Below are positions 1 through 9,630 of a stretch of 64,000 nt of DNA, piece after piece (position 1 is the stretch's first letter; each line of letters starts with the position of its first letter). This DNA is from Bryobacterales bacterium (GTDB taxonomy: Bacteria; Acidobacteriota; Terriglobia; Bryobacterales; UBA6623). Where the stretch lies: the NCBI GenBank assembly GCA_963422375.2, contig OY729428.2:3072001-3136000 (forward strand), given 5' to 3'. A program made the translations under genes and the position numbers. The notes beneath the pieces were generated by a model, which was not told the DNA's origin, did not search any database, and saw only the letters and a program-made list of their open reading frames with translations.

Positions 1-1366
1 ACAGCGGGTCGAGGGCGCGAACCGCGCCGTACCCGTCCTCCTGCGTGTAGTTCATGAATCGCCGCCGGGTGGTCGCGGACACAGGGCTCTTGGGCGTTCC
101 CCCTAGGTAGCGGGTGCCGGGCTCGTACTCCTGGTCCCACTTGAAGTAGACCGAGTAGTAGCCCTCCCAAACCGGCAGATAGAAGAGCCTGGTGAGCGGG
201 CTGAACGACGGGGCGTACCAATTCGTCCCGCCCTGCACGCCGGGCCAGGTCTTGGTGCCTTCGCGGCTGGGGCCCCGGCCGGGGATCTTCACCGGGCGGC
301 CGTCCTCGTCCAAGCCTGCCGCCCAGGTCTGCTTCACGAAGGGCTTGCCGAGCAGGAACTCGCCAGTCTCCCTGTCCAGGACGTAGAAGAACCCGTTGCG
401 ATTGGCCCAGAGCATCAGCTTGCGCAGCTCGCCCTCCCACTCGAGGTCGGCCAGCACGGGGATTTGCACCGCATCCCAGTCCCACTCGTCGTGCGGCGTG
501 AACTGGAAGTGCCAGCGCAGCTCGCCGGTGTCAGGATCGACGGCGACGACGGAATCGGTGTACAGGTTGTCGCCGGGGCGCACGTCGGGATTCCAGTCGG
601 GCGACGGGTTCCCCACGCCCCAGTAGGTCAGGTTCAGCTCGGGGTCGTAGGATCCGGTCAGCCAGATCGAGCCGCCGCCGGTCTTCCAGGCGTCGTTCTC
701 CCATGTCTCGTGCCCGGGCTGGCCCGGACCGGGAATCGTGTAGAACCTCCACTCCTCCTCGCCTGTGTCAGCGTCGTAGGCCGCTAGGTACCCGCGGATG
801 CCGAACTCCCCGCCGGCGGTTCCGACGATGACCTTGTCCCGCACGATCAGGGGCGCGACCGTGAGGGAGTAGCCCTTCTCGTAGTCCTCGACCACGACGG
901 TCTCCCAGACCCTGTCGCCGGTCTTGGCGTCCACGGCCACGAGCTTCGCGTCGAGGGTGCCCCAGTAAAGGGTCTCCCCTCGGATCGCGGCGCCGCGATT
1001 GACGCGTCCGCAACAGGGATAGATGCGGCTGGGCAGCTCGTGCTCGTAGACCCAGTACTCGCGCCCGCTGGCCGGATCCAAGGCCACGAGCTTGTTCGGC
1101 GGCTCGGTCAGGTACATCAACCCGTCGACAACCAAGGGCGTCGTCTGGAACTTGTCGGTGGAAGCAGCCTGGTAGACCCACTCGAGCTCCAGGTCGCCGA
1201 CATTGGAGCGGTCGATTCCCTTCAATTGACTGTAGTGCTGGCTCATGTAGGTGCCGTTGTAGGTCAGCCAGTTGTGCGGTTCGGAAGCCGCTTGCTCGAG
1301 GCGCCGCTGGTCGACCTGGGCAGATAGCCCGAGCGCGGCGACCGACGCCAGAATCACGAGACGCAT
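1..1366 (-). CDS. PQQ-dependent dehydrogenase, methanol/ethanol family (C-terminus runs off the window start)
   Basis: Manual translation from ATG at 1366: signal peptide MRLVILASVAALGLSAQ, NWLTYNG..QHYS, TTPLVVDG, vicinal Cys pair (PCCGRVNRG), GGEFGIRG, GSYDPELNLTYWGVGNPSPD, HFQFTPHDEWDWD, GGTNW. Missing from the ORF track because no stop lies in the window. Confidence 0.92.
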   Translation of the reverse strand, partial: MRLVILASVAALGLSAQVDQRRLEQAASEPHNWLTYNGTYMSQHYSQLKGIDRSNVGDLELEWVYQAASTDKFQTTPLVVDGLMYLTEPPNKLVALDPASGREYWVYEHELPSRIYPCCGRVNRGAAIRGETLYWGTLDAKLVAVDAKTGDRVWETVVVEDYEKGYSLTVAPLIVRDKVIVGTAGGEFGIRGYLAAYDADTGEEEWRFYTIPGPGQPGHETWENDAWKTGGGSIWLTGSYDPELNLTYWGVGNPSPDWNPDVRPGDNLYTDSVVAVDPDTGELRWHFQFTPHDEWDWDAVQIPVLADLEWEGELRKLMLWANRNGFFYVLDRETGEFLLGKPFVKQTWAAGLDEDGRPVKIPGRGPSREGTKTWPGVQGGTNWYAPSFSPLTRLFYLPVWEGYYSVYFKWDQEYEPGTRYLGGTPKSPVSATTRRRFMNYTQEDGYGAVRALDPL

Positions 1367-1419
1367 GGGACTAGCATACTCACGGCGCGTCGCCGGCCCG
1401 CCGGTACAATAGATCCTCT

Positions 1420-1869
1420 GTGCGCGCGGTGGTCCAGCGCGTTAGTTCGGCGGAGGTGCGCGTCGGCGGCGAGTCCACGGGCCGGATCGGTCCGGGCTTG
1501 GTGGTGCTGCTGGGCGTCGGCCGGGGCGACACGTCCAAGGACGCTGCCTACTTGGCGGCCAAGACAGCCGGACTTCGAGTGTTCGAGGGTGCCGACGGCA
1601 GGATGACGCTTTCTGTCAGGGACGTGGGCGGCGCGGTCTTGGCCGTCCCGCAGTTCACGCTGTTCGGAGACGTGCGCCGGGGCATGCGCCCGAGTTTCGA
1701 CCGAGCCGCGGGCCCGGAACTCGCGGAGTCGCTCTACGAGGAGTACGTGGCGCTGCTCCGGGCGGAGGGGCTGGAGGTCGCTACGGGAGTGTTTCGGACC
1801 ACGATGCGGGTCAAGCTAGCGAACGAGGGGCCCGTGACGATCCTGCTCGACTCGACAAAGCTGCTCTGA
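1420..1869 (+). CDS. dtd: D-aminoacyl-tRNA deacylase
   Basis: MRAVVQRV N-terminus, PQFTL, and C-terminal NEGPVT (Gly-cisPro motif); 149 aa. Confidence 0.95.
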   Translation: MRAVVQRVSSAEVRVGGESTGRIGPGLVVLLGVGRGDTSKDAAYLAAKTAGLRVFEGADGRMTLSVRDVGGAVLAVPQFTLFGDVRRGMRPSFDRAAGPELAESLYEEYVALLRAEGLEVATGVFRTTMRVKLANEGPVTILLDSTKLL

Positions 1870-1880
1870 CAGGCGAGAGG

Positions 1881-2658
1881 CTAGTCGTCGATAATCGCGA
1901 CAGCGCGAGTCCACCCGGCGGAGGCGCTCTTGACCTTGGCCGCGAAGCAGGCGACCCGGAAGCCGACCGGCGGGAGGGTCTCGAGATTGCCGAGCTTCTC
2001 GAGCTGGCAGTAGCCTCGGATCCGGCCGGCCTTGTGCCCCTCCCAGATGATTGACGGGTCGCGGGTCCGCCCCCAGCGCTCGGCGGTGTGCGGGAACGGG
2101 GCGTCCCAAGACCACGCGTCGGTCCCCACCACGCGCACGCCGCGCAGCGTCAGCCACAGCGTCGCCTCGCGCGCGAAGCCGCATCCCTTGGACAGCTAGT
2201 CGTCCTGTCCGTAGCGGACCCCGGCCGCGGTGTTCGCGACCACGATGTCGAGGGGCCTCAGCTCGTGGCCGATTCGCCTCAGCTCGGCCTCGATTTCGGA
2301 GGAGGCGACGACATGGCCGTCCGCGAGGTGCCGGAAGTCGAGCTTGACGCCCGGCTGGGAAGCACCACTCGAGCGGGATCTCGTCGATGGTGGTCCCGCG
2401 GGCGCCGCCGTCCATGGTGGAGTGGTAGTGCCACGGAGCGTCCATGTGGGTACCGTTATGGGTCGAGATCCTCACATCCTCGACGGCCCAGCCGACGCCG
2501 TCCGGCAGCTGCTCCGGACACAGGCCGGGAAAGATCCGGCAAACTTCCTCCGCCGTCTCGGCGTGGCCCCGGTAGTGGATCTCGGACAGCATGGGTGCCG
2601 GGTCGGAGCGGATCCCGGCTTCTAGTGGAACGGAGATGTCGGCAAGGCGACGCGGCAC
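1881..2658 (-). pseudogene. Cyclase / kynurenine formamidase family metallohydrolase, disrupted
   Basis: Motifs THNGTHMDAPWH, GTDAWSWD and QLEKL. A +1 frameshift lies near 2358 (extra C after EWCF) and an in-frame TAG near 2197 (GQDD*LSKG). Confidence 0.85.
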
Positions 2659-3059
2659 GGCTGGTTTCGAGGCTCCCTCTCGGGCTGGCTCGGGCACCGC
2701 CCAAACTTCGCGACGGCGCGACGCCCATGCGGATTCTATACCGCCGTGGCCTCGCCTACTCGAGGCCACGCTGTCGGCCCGCTTGGCGCAAGGAGAAGGA
2801 GGCCGCCGGAACAGTGGCGGGGCGGACGCAAGCCATCACGCCCCTCTCCGATCTCACATTTCCCGCAAGCGCCGGCGCCAATGCCCCTCATTGCCCGCTG
2901 TGCCAAAATGTTCGTGGATGCCCCGGACCCGCCTCTGCTCCTAGCATGCGCCCGGGGTACAGCCCTTTCCGAGGTTCGTCCAGTCTGGCATTGCTTGGCT
3001 TGGACCGAGAAGACTGACGCGGCTTGTGATCACTGTCTAGCGGATATTCAATGGACACA

Positions 3060-4774
3060 TCAATTGATCGCAACTCGCCGGCGCTGCAGGGCTGGGGAAG
3101 CTCTGCGACGAATTACTAAGCACCGGAGCCAATCAGTTTCTCGAACCCCAGCTACTCCGCCAACCGCTGCTGCAAGACAGTGCCCTTCGACAGCATGGTG
3201 GCCACTCGCGGTGGTCCGTTTCTCCGCCCGCGACGGGTACAGCAGTTCGAACTGCCGGATGTCGCTCAGTTCCGCCCAAGCCCGCCCGGCCTCCCGGCGG
3301 AGGAATTGCAGCAGCGATACGCCCAGCTGGCATGGAACGCATGGAAGCGGATCTTGCTGTCCGTCCGGCGGTGCATCGGCCCACAGCCGACCCAGCCCTC
3401 GCCGTTCAGGCCCCGGACCAACTGCTCGACCTGATTCCCCCTGATAGGTCTCCGCCATCTGCCGCGGTGTCCAGTCCAAGCGGTTCGTGACCAGCACCGC
3501 ACGACCGAAGTGCTCGGTCAGCAGGCGCAGGGTGCCCTCCCCGTCCACGCGCCAGGCTACCCGCCAGTGGTCCCCGCGCGCTCTAAGCTACATTGCAGCG
3601 CCTCCCCAAATGGTTCGGGCGCGGGTACGTCTCGATGCGCCTCCGCAGGCCGTCCTCGGTGTGCCGAGCGCCTGGCCGCGCCACCTCGCGCGCCAGCAAC
3701 CGCAGCGAGGCGGTCGACTCCGACTGCGACTAGGCGAGACTGTGCAGCTGCTCGCTGGAGAAGGTTGGACGAGTGCCGCGTCACGGGCAGGTACTCGGCC
3801 CCGTGCCCCTACGCGGTCTCGCCCGTCGCCCGCACACCCGCGCCGATCTCCTCGGCGCCGTCGGGGCCGCGCCCGCGCAGCTGCTCCGGCACTTCGTTCC
3901 AAGGCAATTCCGAGACCCAGCCCAAGCCGTGCCGCTGCAATTCCAGCGTGTTCCGCAGGGCCGCCGAGTCCTTGCCACTAGCCAGCGTCACCGAATCGCG
4001 CGAGATGCTGGCACCGTCCAGAATGCGCCCGATGCACTCCAAGGCCGCCGGCAGATCCCCGCCATCGGCTAGGCCGCCCCGGTACAGGTGGTGGCAGAGG
4101 GCCAGCCCGCAGCCACCGTCCAAGACGTAGCTGATCCCCGCTTGGCGCAGGTCGTTGCGCTTCTGGTTGCTGTGCCCGTTGGGGGAAGCAACCCACGTGT
4201 GAGAGTTTGTCGTGTCGTAGACGAGCACCCGCTCGCCGACCAGCTGGCGGGAACGGAACGCCACCCACAGCGCGGCCTGGCAGCGCTGCAAGTCGTCGCT
4301 GGCCGGCCGGCCGTCGCCCTCGCAGCTCACCTCGATGGTGTCGAAGCGGCCCCAGATGGCCCGCGAGGTGAAGCACTCCGAAGGGAACTTCCACAGCCGC
4401 TGCAGCACGCTGCTCCCGTACCGTGCTGCGATCTCTGTCATAGAGTCCGTCCGGCCGACGCAACGTATAGCGGCTAGGAGCACGTAGTGGGCCAGGGACG
4501 GACTGCCCTGGCGTGCCAGCGGCCGGACCGAGCGCAGGGCTTCGAAGGCGCCGGATCGCTGCGAGGCCACCCACAGGGCGGCCGGGAGGCCGAACTCGAC
4601 CGCGATGGCGCCAAGATGCACGGGGGCGGTCTTGTCCCGGACGAGCGCGGCGATCCGCTCGTCCGTGCCGAGACAACGCTGTTCGACAATGCGGGGCTGG
4701 CCGTCGACGCGCCCGGAAGTAACGGCATAGAAGTAGGTTCGCTTGCCACGCTTCTTGCCGACGACGGAGGCCTC
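3060..4774 (-). mobile_element. IS1634-family transposase remnant (multiple stops and frameshifts)
   Basis: N-terminal ASVVGKKRGKRTYFYAVTSGRVDGQPRIVEQR; central VYDTTN and GHSNQKRNDLRQ; C-terminal FGRAVLVTNR..W and HRRTDSKIRFHAF, spread over several frames. Ends not defined. Confidence 0.85.
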
Positions 4775-4903
4775 TGGGGGCGAAAAGGACTCTACGGGAC
4801 GTCCGCCAGCGCGTCACGAGCCAATGCGAAACAGCGTATTGAGTCCAGTACCTTGATGGGCAAGTTGGCCTGCCTGCCGGGGTCGATCGGCTCGCTCCGC
4901 ACT

Positions 4904-6493
4904 CTACCGCTCCGCGCTCGGTCTCGCATGGCCAACTGCGTGCTTGCCGCGGTCCCGCGCCGCGAGCCGTTCCTCCTCACTCAACGTCCGATTGAACGTC
5001 GCGCCGAATCCGTCCACCTGCCTGTAGGCGTATCTCTGCCACGGGTCCTCGCCCCGGATGCGGGGGTCGCCGCCCTCGCGCAAGGCAGCCTCAAGCCGCT
5101 GCCAGAGTTCTTGCCGGACCGCATCGTACGCCGGGTCTCGGGCGAGGTTCTTCATCTGGTGGGGGTCGGCCCTGCAATCGTAGAGTTCCTCTAGTGGGCG
5201 CTTCCCGAATCCGACCTCGAACTGCAGCGGAAAGTCGCGGCGCGTCTCGGGCCGCAGCATGAAGTCCTTGAACGGACCGTCGTCGATGTCGCCGTGCGGG
5301 GCCTTGTTGGACGAAATGAATGCTGGCCCGCCCGTGGGCCAGCGCTCCGGCTCGAAATTGCGTACGTACAGGTAGTCGTGCGTGCGAATCGCGCGCATCG
5401 GGTAGGTGCCGCCGTCCGGCCTGCACCAGGTGTGGCGCTCCATCGCCGTAATCACGTGGTCGCGTCCCGGATCCCCGCGGCCCGCGCCGGATGCCATGAG
5501 CAGGGGCAGGAGGCTGCGGCCGTCATGCATCGGATTCGGCTCGAGACCGGCAACTTCGAGGAACGTCGGGGCTAGGTCGACATGGCTGACGAAGTCCTCC
5601 ACGAGGCGCCCAGCGGGCACCCGATCACCCCAGCGGACAGCCGTCGGCATGCGCGTGCCGCCGTCGTACAGGGTCACCTTCGTCCGGCTGAACGGCATCC
5701 CGTTGTCCGACGTCACCACCACCAAGGTGTTTTCCAGCTCGCCGCTCTTCTCCAGCAGGTCCAGCATGCGCCCGAGGTGGCGGTCGAAATGCTCGATCTC
5801 GTAGTAGTAGTCCAGCAGTTCCGAGCGCACTTCCGGGGCGTCCGGCAAGTAGGGCGGCACCTCGACCTTGGCAGGGTCCAAGCCGCTGCGCGCGCCGATG
5901 CCGGACTCGTAGTCGCGGTGCGGCTCGGTGGCGCCGAAGAAGAAGAAGAACGGGGATCCGGGCGGTCTCGCATCCAAAAAGTCGGCGAAGTTGGCGGCGT
6001 AGTCCCTCATGTCGATCCCGTCCGGGGGATCCGGCTCGAGGCGGTCGGCGTACTCCCTCCCGAGCGGGTGCCTCTCCAAACCGCCGGCCCGCCAATCCCC
6101 GGGCGCCCACGGCTTGCCCACGAAACCCACGTGGTAGCCCGAGTCCTCGAGGAGATGCGTGAACAGCGGGTACTCGGGGGGCAGCGTGCCGTAGAGCACG
6201 CCGGCCTCGCCGATCCGCCAGATCGGCCGACCGGTCAGCAGGGAGGATCGAGACGGCGTGCAGGACGGGCAGGCGGTGTAGGAATGCTCGAGGATCACGC
6301 CTTCCCGGGCGACGCGGTCGAACGCGTGCGTCCTGACGACCGGATCGCCGAGGATCGAGGCGTGCGGGTACGACTGGTCGTCGGAATAGGCCAGCAGGAT
6401 GTTGGGCCGCCGACCTGCCGACCGCGGTCCGCAGGCGGCCGCGCCGCCTGCGAGGGAACCCGCCAGCAGTTCCCGCCTAGTGATATTGCTCAC
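4904..6493 (-). CDS. Sulfatase (Cys-type, Tat/lipoprotein signal)
   Basis: TRRELL signal, RPNILLAYSDDQ, SCTPSRSSLLTG (CxPxR), TSDNG, EELYD..DP.QM.NLA. Confidence 0.93.
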   Translation of the reverse strand: MSNITRRELLAGSLAGGAAACGPRSAGRRPNILLAYSDDQSYPHASILGDPVVRTHAFDRVAREGVILEHSYTACPSCTPSRSSLLTGRPIWRIGEAGVLYGTLPPEYPLFTHLLEDSGYHVGFVGKPWAPGDWRAGGLERHPLGREYADRLEPDPPDGIDMRDYAANFADFLDARPPGSPFFFFFGATEPHRDYESGIGARSGLDPAKVEVPPYLPDAPEVRSELLDYYYEIEHFDRHLGRMLDLLEKSGELENTLVVVTSDNGMPFSRTKVTLYDGGTRMPTAVRWGDRVPAGRLVEDFVSHVDLAPTFLEVAGLEPNPMHDGRSLLPLLMASGAGRGDPGRDHVITAMERHTWCRPDGGTYPMRAIRTHDYLYVRNFEPERWPTGGPAFISSNKAPHGDIDDGPFKDFMLRPETRRDFPLQFEVGFGKRPLEELYDCRADPHQMKNLARDPAYDAVRQELWQRLEAALREGGDPRIRGEDPWQRYAYRQVDGFGATFNRTLSEEERLAARDRGKHAVGHARPSAER

Positions 6494-6496
6494 GAA

Positions 6497-7360
6497 CTAG
6501 CCTCCGTTCCGGGCCGGGCCGACGGCCGAGAGGATCGAGTCCTTGCTGCGGACCCCCTCCGAGCTGCGCGCCGGAAGCTTGTCCATGACGGCCGGGTAGG
6601 GATAGTGCAGGCCGAGCAGATCCTGCATCGGCTGTCCGTAACCAAGCGCCTCCTCGCGGTCGATGCACCGGCTCCAGTCCTCGATCGGCTTGATCGACTT
6701 CACCGTGTACGAGCCCAGCACGGCCGCGCGCGACGAGTCCGAGCGATTCGCCTGGCCGGCGTGCCACAGCAGCGCCGGAAACAGGAGCAAACTGCCGGGA
6801 CGCATCGTCGCGCGAATGCGGCGCTGCTCGAATTCCTCCGGAGTCGGCCAGCGGGCGAGCTTCTGGCTCTCGGGCGCGATGGCCGTGGCGCCATTCTCCA
6901 CCGTGAACTCGTCGAGGGGCACGACCGACTCGACGGCGAGGTGATAGCTGGCGTTGAGCGACCGAGGCCACCGGTTCCTAGCATGCAGGTCCCAGTACGG
7001 ATAATCCACGTGCGGCTCCTGCGCCTGCGCGCCGGAGTGGAGGACGTTCGCAGCGAAGGAACTCAGCATTAGGTCGTCCCCTAGGATCGGGCGCATGATC
7101 GCGAGCAGCCGCTCGTCGCTGCACAGCTCGCGGAACGCGGCGCCCTTGGCCGGCAGGTTCCAGACGCGGGACTGGGCGGCGTTCACCTCGTCGCCGTAGA
7201 AGTGCGAGGTCCGGTCGGGCTCCTCCTGCACGAGGCGGTAGATCCGTTCCCGGGCCGCGGCTACCAGGCGGGCCGGATAGAAGTCTTCCAGCAGCAGGTA
7301 CCCCCGCCCATTGCACAACTCTTCGACCGCAGACTCGATATCCGGGACGCCCGCGCCCAT
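6497..7360 (-). CDS. Phytanoyl-CoA dioxygenase (PhyH) family Fe(II)/2-oxoglutarate dioxygenase
   Basis: HxD (PHVDY), LDEFTVENGAT and LWHAG motifs. ATG at 7360 chosen because the longer ORF overlaps the divergent gene. Confidence 0.85.
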   Translation of the reverse strand: MGAGVPDIESAVEELCNGRGYLLLEDFYPARLVAAARERIYRLVQEEPDRTSHFYGDEVNAAQSRVWNLPAKGAAFRELCSDERLLAIMRPILGDDLMLSSFAANVLHSGAQAQEPHVDYPYWDLHARNRWPRSLNASYHLAVESVVPLDEFTVENGATAIAPESQKLARWPTPEEFEQRRIRATMRPGSLLLFPALLWHAGQANRSDSSRAAVLGSYTVKSIKPIEDWSRCIDREEALGYGQPMQDLLGLHYPYPAVMDKLPARSSEGVRSKDSILSAVGPARNGG

Positions 7361-7393
7361 GCGGTTAGGATAACGAGTTAACCGGGGGACCGA

Positions 7394-8437
7394 TTGAGCC
7401 ACGTACGCATCGCGCTGCTGCCCGGGGACGGGATCGGACCGGAAGTGACCGGCGCCGCCGTGAGGATCCTGCAGGCCGTCGAGGCCTGCTCGGACGACCT
7501 TGTCTTCCGATTCGAAGAGCACTCCGCGGGAGCGGGGGAATACCTGCGGACAGGCGACCCGCTGCCGGCGGTGACGCTCGCCCGCATGCGCGAATGCGAC
7601 GCGACGCTGCTCGGGGCGATGGGCCTCCCGCATGTCCGCTGGCCCGACGGGACCGAGATGGCTCCGCAAATCGACATCCGCGAGGCGCTGGACCTGTACC
7701 AGGGAATCCGGCCGGTCCGCCTCTACGAGGAGTCGCTGACGCCCCTCAAGGGCATGGCGGCCGGGGCCATCGACCTAGTGATCTTCCGGGAGAACACGGA
7801 GGGGCTGTTCTGGGAGCGCAAGCGGCCGCGCGAGCCCGGCGCGGACGCTGTCGAGAACGCGATGCGAGTCACCCGCGCCAGCACGGAGCGGATCGTGAGA
7901 GCGGCCTTCCATGCCGCGGAGTGCAGGCGGCGCAAGGTCACCCTAGTGGACAAGGCCAACGTGCTTCCGGCGATGGCGTTCTTCCGCGAGATCTTCGACG
8001 GGGTCGCCGCGGACTTCCTGCGGACCGAAACCGAGCGGATTTACGTAGACGCGGCCGCGCTGTACATCGTGCGGGATCCCGAGCGGTTCGACGTGATTGT
8101 CACGGAGAACATGTTCGGCGACATCCTCTCGGACCTGACCGCGGGCATCGTAGGGGGCATGGGCATGGCGCCGTCCGCGGACATCGGCGACCGCCACGCC
8201 GTGTTCCAGCCGGCGCACGGAAGCGCTCCGGACATCGCCGGCCAAGGGATCGCGAACCCAACCGCCGCGATCCTGTCCGCGGCCATGATGCTGGACTGGC
8301 TGGGACTGGGGGCCTACGGGAGCGCGATCCGGACCGCGGTCGAGGCGGCCTTGCGAGACCCCGCCTGTCGGACACGGGACCTCGGCGGCAACCTGAGCTG
8401 CTCGCAGATGACCGAAGCGATCCTAGGTGGACTGTAG
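7394..8437 (+). CDS. Isocitrate/isopropylmalate (beta-decarboxylating) dehydrogenase family protein
   Basis: LPGDGIGPEV, RENTEG, VDKANV, ENMFGDILSDL, HGSAPDIAG motifs. Substrate not assignable. Confidence 0.92.
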   Translation: MSHVRIALLPGDGIGPEVTGAAVRILQAVEACSDDLVFRFEEHSAGAGEYLRTGDPLPAVTLARMRECDATLLGAMGLPHVRWPDGTEMAPQIDIREALDLYQGIRPVRLYEESLTPLKGMAAGAIDLVIFRENTEGLFWERKRPREPGADAVENAMRVTRASTERIVRAAFHAAECRRRKVTLVDKANVLPAMAFFREIFDGVAADFLRTETERIYVDAAALYIVRDPERFDVIVTENMFGDILSDLTAGIVGGMGMAPSADIGDRHAVFQPAHGSAPDIAGQGIANPTAAILSAAMMLDWLGLGAYGSAIRTAVEAALRDPACRTRDLGGNLSCSQMTEAILGGL

Positions 8438-8454
8438 CGGCGAGACTCGCCCCG

Positions 8455-8847
8455 TCAGTCGGACCAGGCCGCGGGCCTTTCCAGTGGCTCGGGGAGAACG
8501 GTGGTCCCGTCCCCGCGGGCCCGCCCGAGCTGCTCCGAGGTGAGGTCCTCGGCGGTCCGGATGTCCGCACCCCGCAGGTCGGTGTTGGCTATGTCGACTC
8601 CGATCATGCGGGCTCCGACCAAGTTGGCGTCGCGCAAGTCGGCCCCGCGCAAGTCGGCGCCAATCAGGTTCGCCATGACGAACGTCGCGCCGCGCAGATC
8701 CGCGTCACGCAGGTCGGTCAGACTCAGGTCCGAGTTGGAGAGATCCGCCTCGCGCAGGTCGACCAGCACGCCGGGGTTGTTCCGGCGCCACAGGTTCCAA
8801 CCGTCCGTGTCGTTCTTCAACATGCACAGCTGGAGTTGGTCCGCCAC
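8455..8847 (-). CDS. Pentapeptide repeat protein
   Basis: WNLWR N-terminus followed by A(D/N)LxX repeats (DLREADLSNSDLSLTDLRDADLRGA). Confidence 0.9.
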   Translation of the reverse strand: MADQLQLCMLKNDTDGWNLWRRNNPGVLVDLREADLSNSDLSLTDLRDADLRGATFVMANLIGADLRGADLRDANLVGARMIGVDIANTDLRGADIRTAEDLTSEQLGRARGDGTTVLPEPLERPAAWSD

Positions 8848-9014
8848 TGCTCGACCGCTCCATTCGGCGCGCCCGCCCCGGGGAGGCGCGCTCCCTTTCG
8901 GTGCAGTCCATTAGACCAGATTCGGCCGGCCCGAAAAATGCCCGGGCCGCGAGAAATCGCCCCTGAGGGGCTACAATAAGTCCGTCCGCCATCGGACGCT
9001 CGGAGGGACAGGGC

Positions 9015-9488
9015 ATGATCCGCACCGTATCGATGATCGCCGTCATCCTGGCCGCCGGATGCGGGGGCCCCGGGGAACAGCCCGCGGCGGAACCGGTCAG
9101 GAAGGCGGCACCGGCCGAGCAAGTCCGGGACGAAACGCATCGCTTCCACAAGGAGGGGCTGGTCGAGGCGAGGGTCGTCGAGAGCAGCCTAGGGGGCAAG
9201 GACTTCATGCCGGGCGGGAACTTCGCCGTTTACGAGCGTAACGGCAAGAGGCACGAAGTGTTCTTCGCGCTGCGACGCGACAACGAGCAGGCGACGTTCC
9301 TAGTCATGGACTACCGGACTATCCTCGCGGATCACAAGTTCATCGCCCACTTCGGAGGATTCTACGGAATGGACGGAGAGACGCCGACGCTAGTGTTCCA
9401 GAAGAACAGGTACGTGGTTGTCGTCGCGGGCCTGGAACTGGAAGAGGCCGATCACGCGGGCCGCTTGATCGCCGGCTACCTGAACTGA
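9015..9488 (+). CDS. Hypothetical lipoprotein
   Basis: Lipobox LAAGC, GGAGGG upstream, globular-looking 157-aa sequence. Confidence 0.75.
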   Translation: MIRTVSMIAVILAAGCGGPGEQPAAEPVRKAAPAEQVRDETHRFHKEGLVEARVVESSLGGKDFMPGGNFAVYERNGKRHEVFFALRRDNEQATFLVMDYRTILADHKFIAHFGGFYGMDGETPTLVFQKNRYVVVVAGLELEEADHAGRLIAGYLN

Positions 9489-9630
9489 GGCGTCATCCCG
9501 AGGTCGGCTGCAGGCCGCACCGACCGCGCGTATTCCCGGCGCACGACAGCTGCATCACCGGTGGCGATTCCGCGCGACTTCGAGGCCCGGCCAGGCCCCT
9601 CGCGGTGCGCTCCGTAGTATATTGTCAGCG

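Noticed and set aside
7394..8437. Calling this gene leuB
   Set aside because: The substrate-specificity region is atypical and no leu context is present, so only a family-level call is supported.
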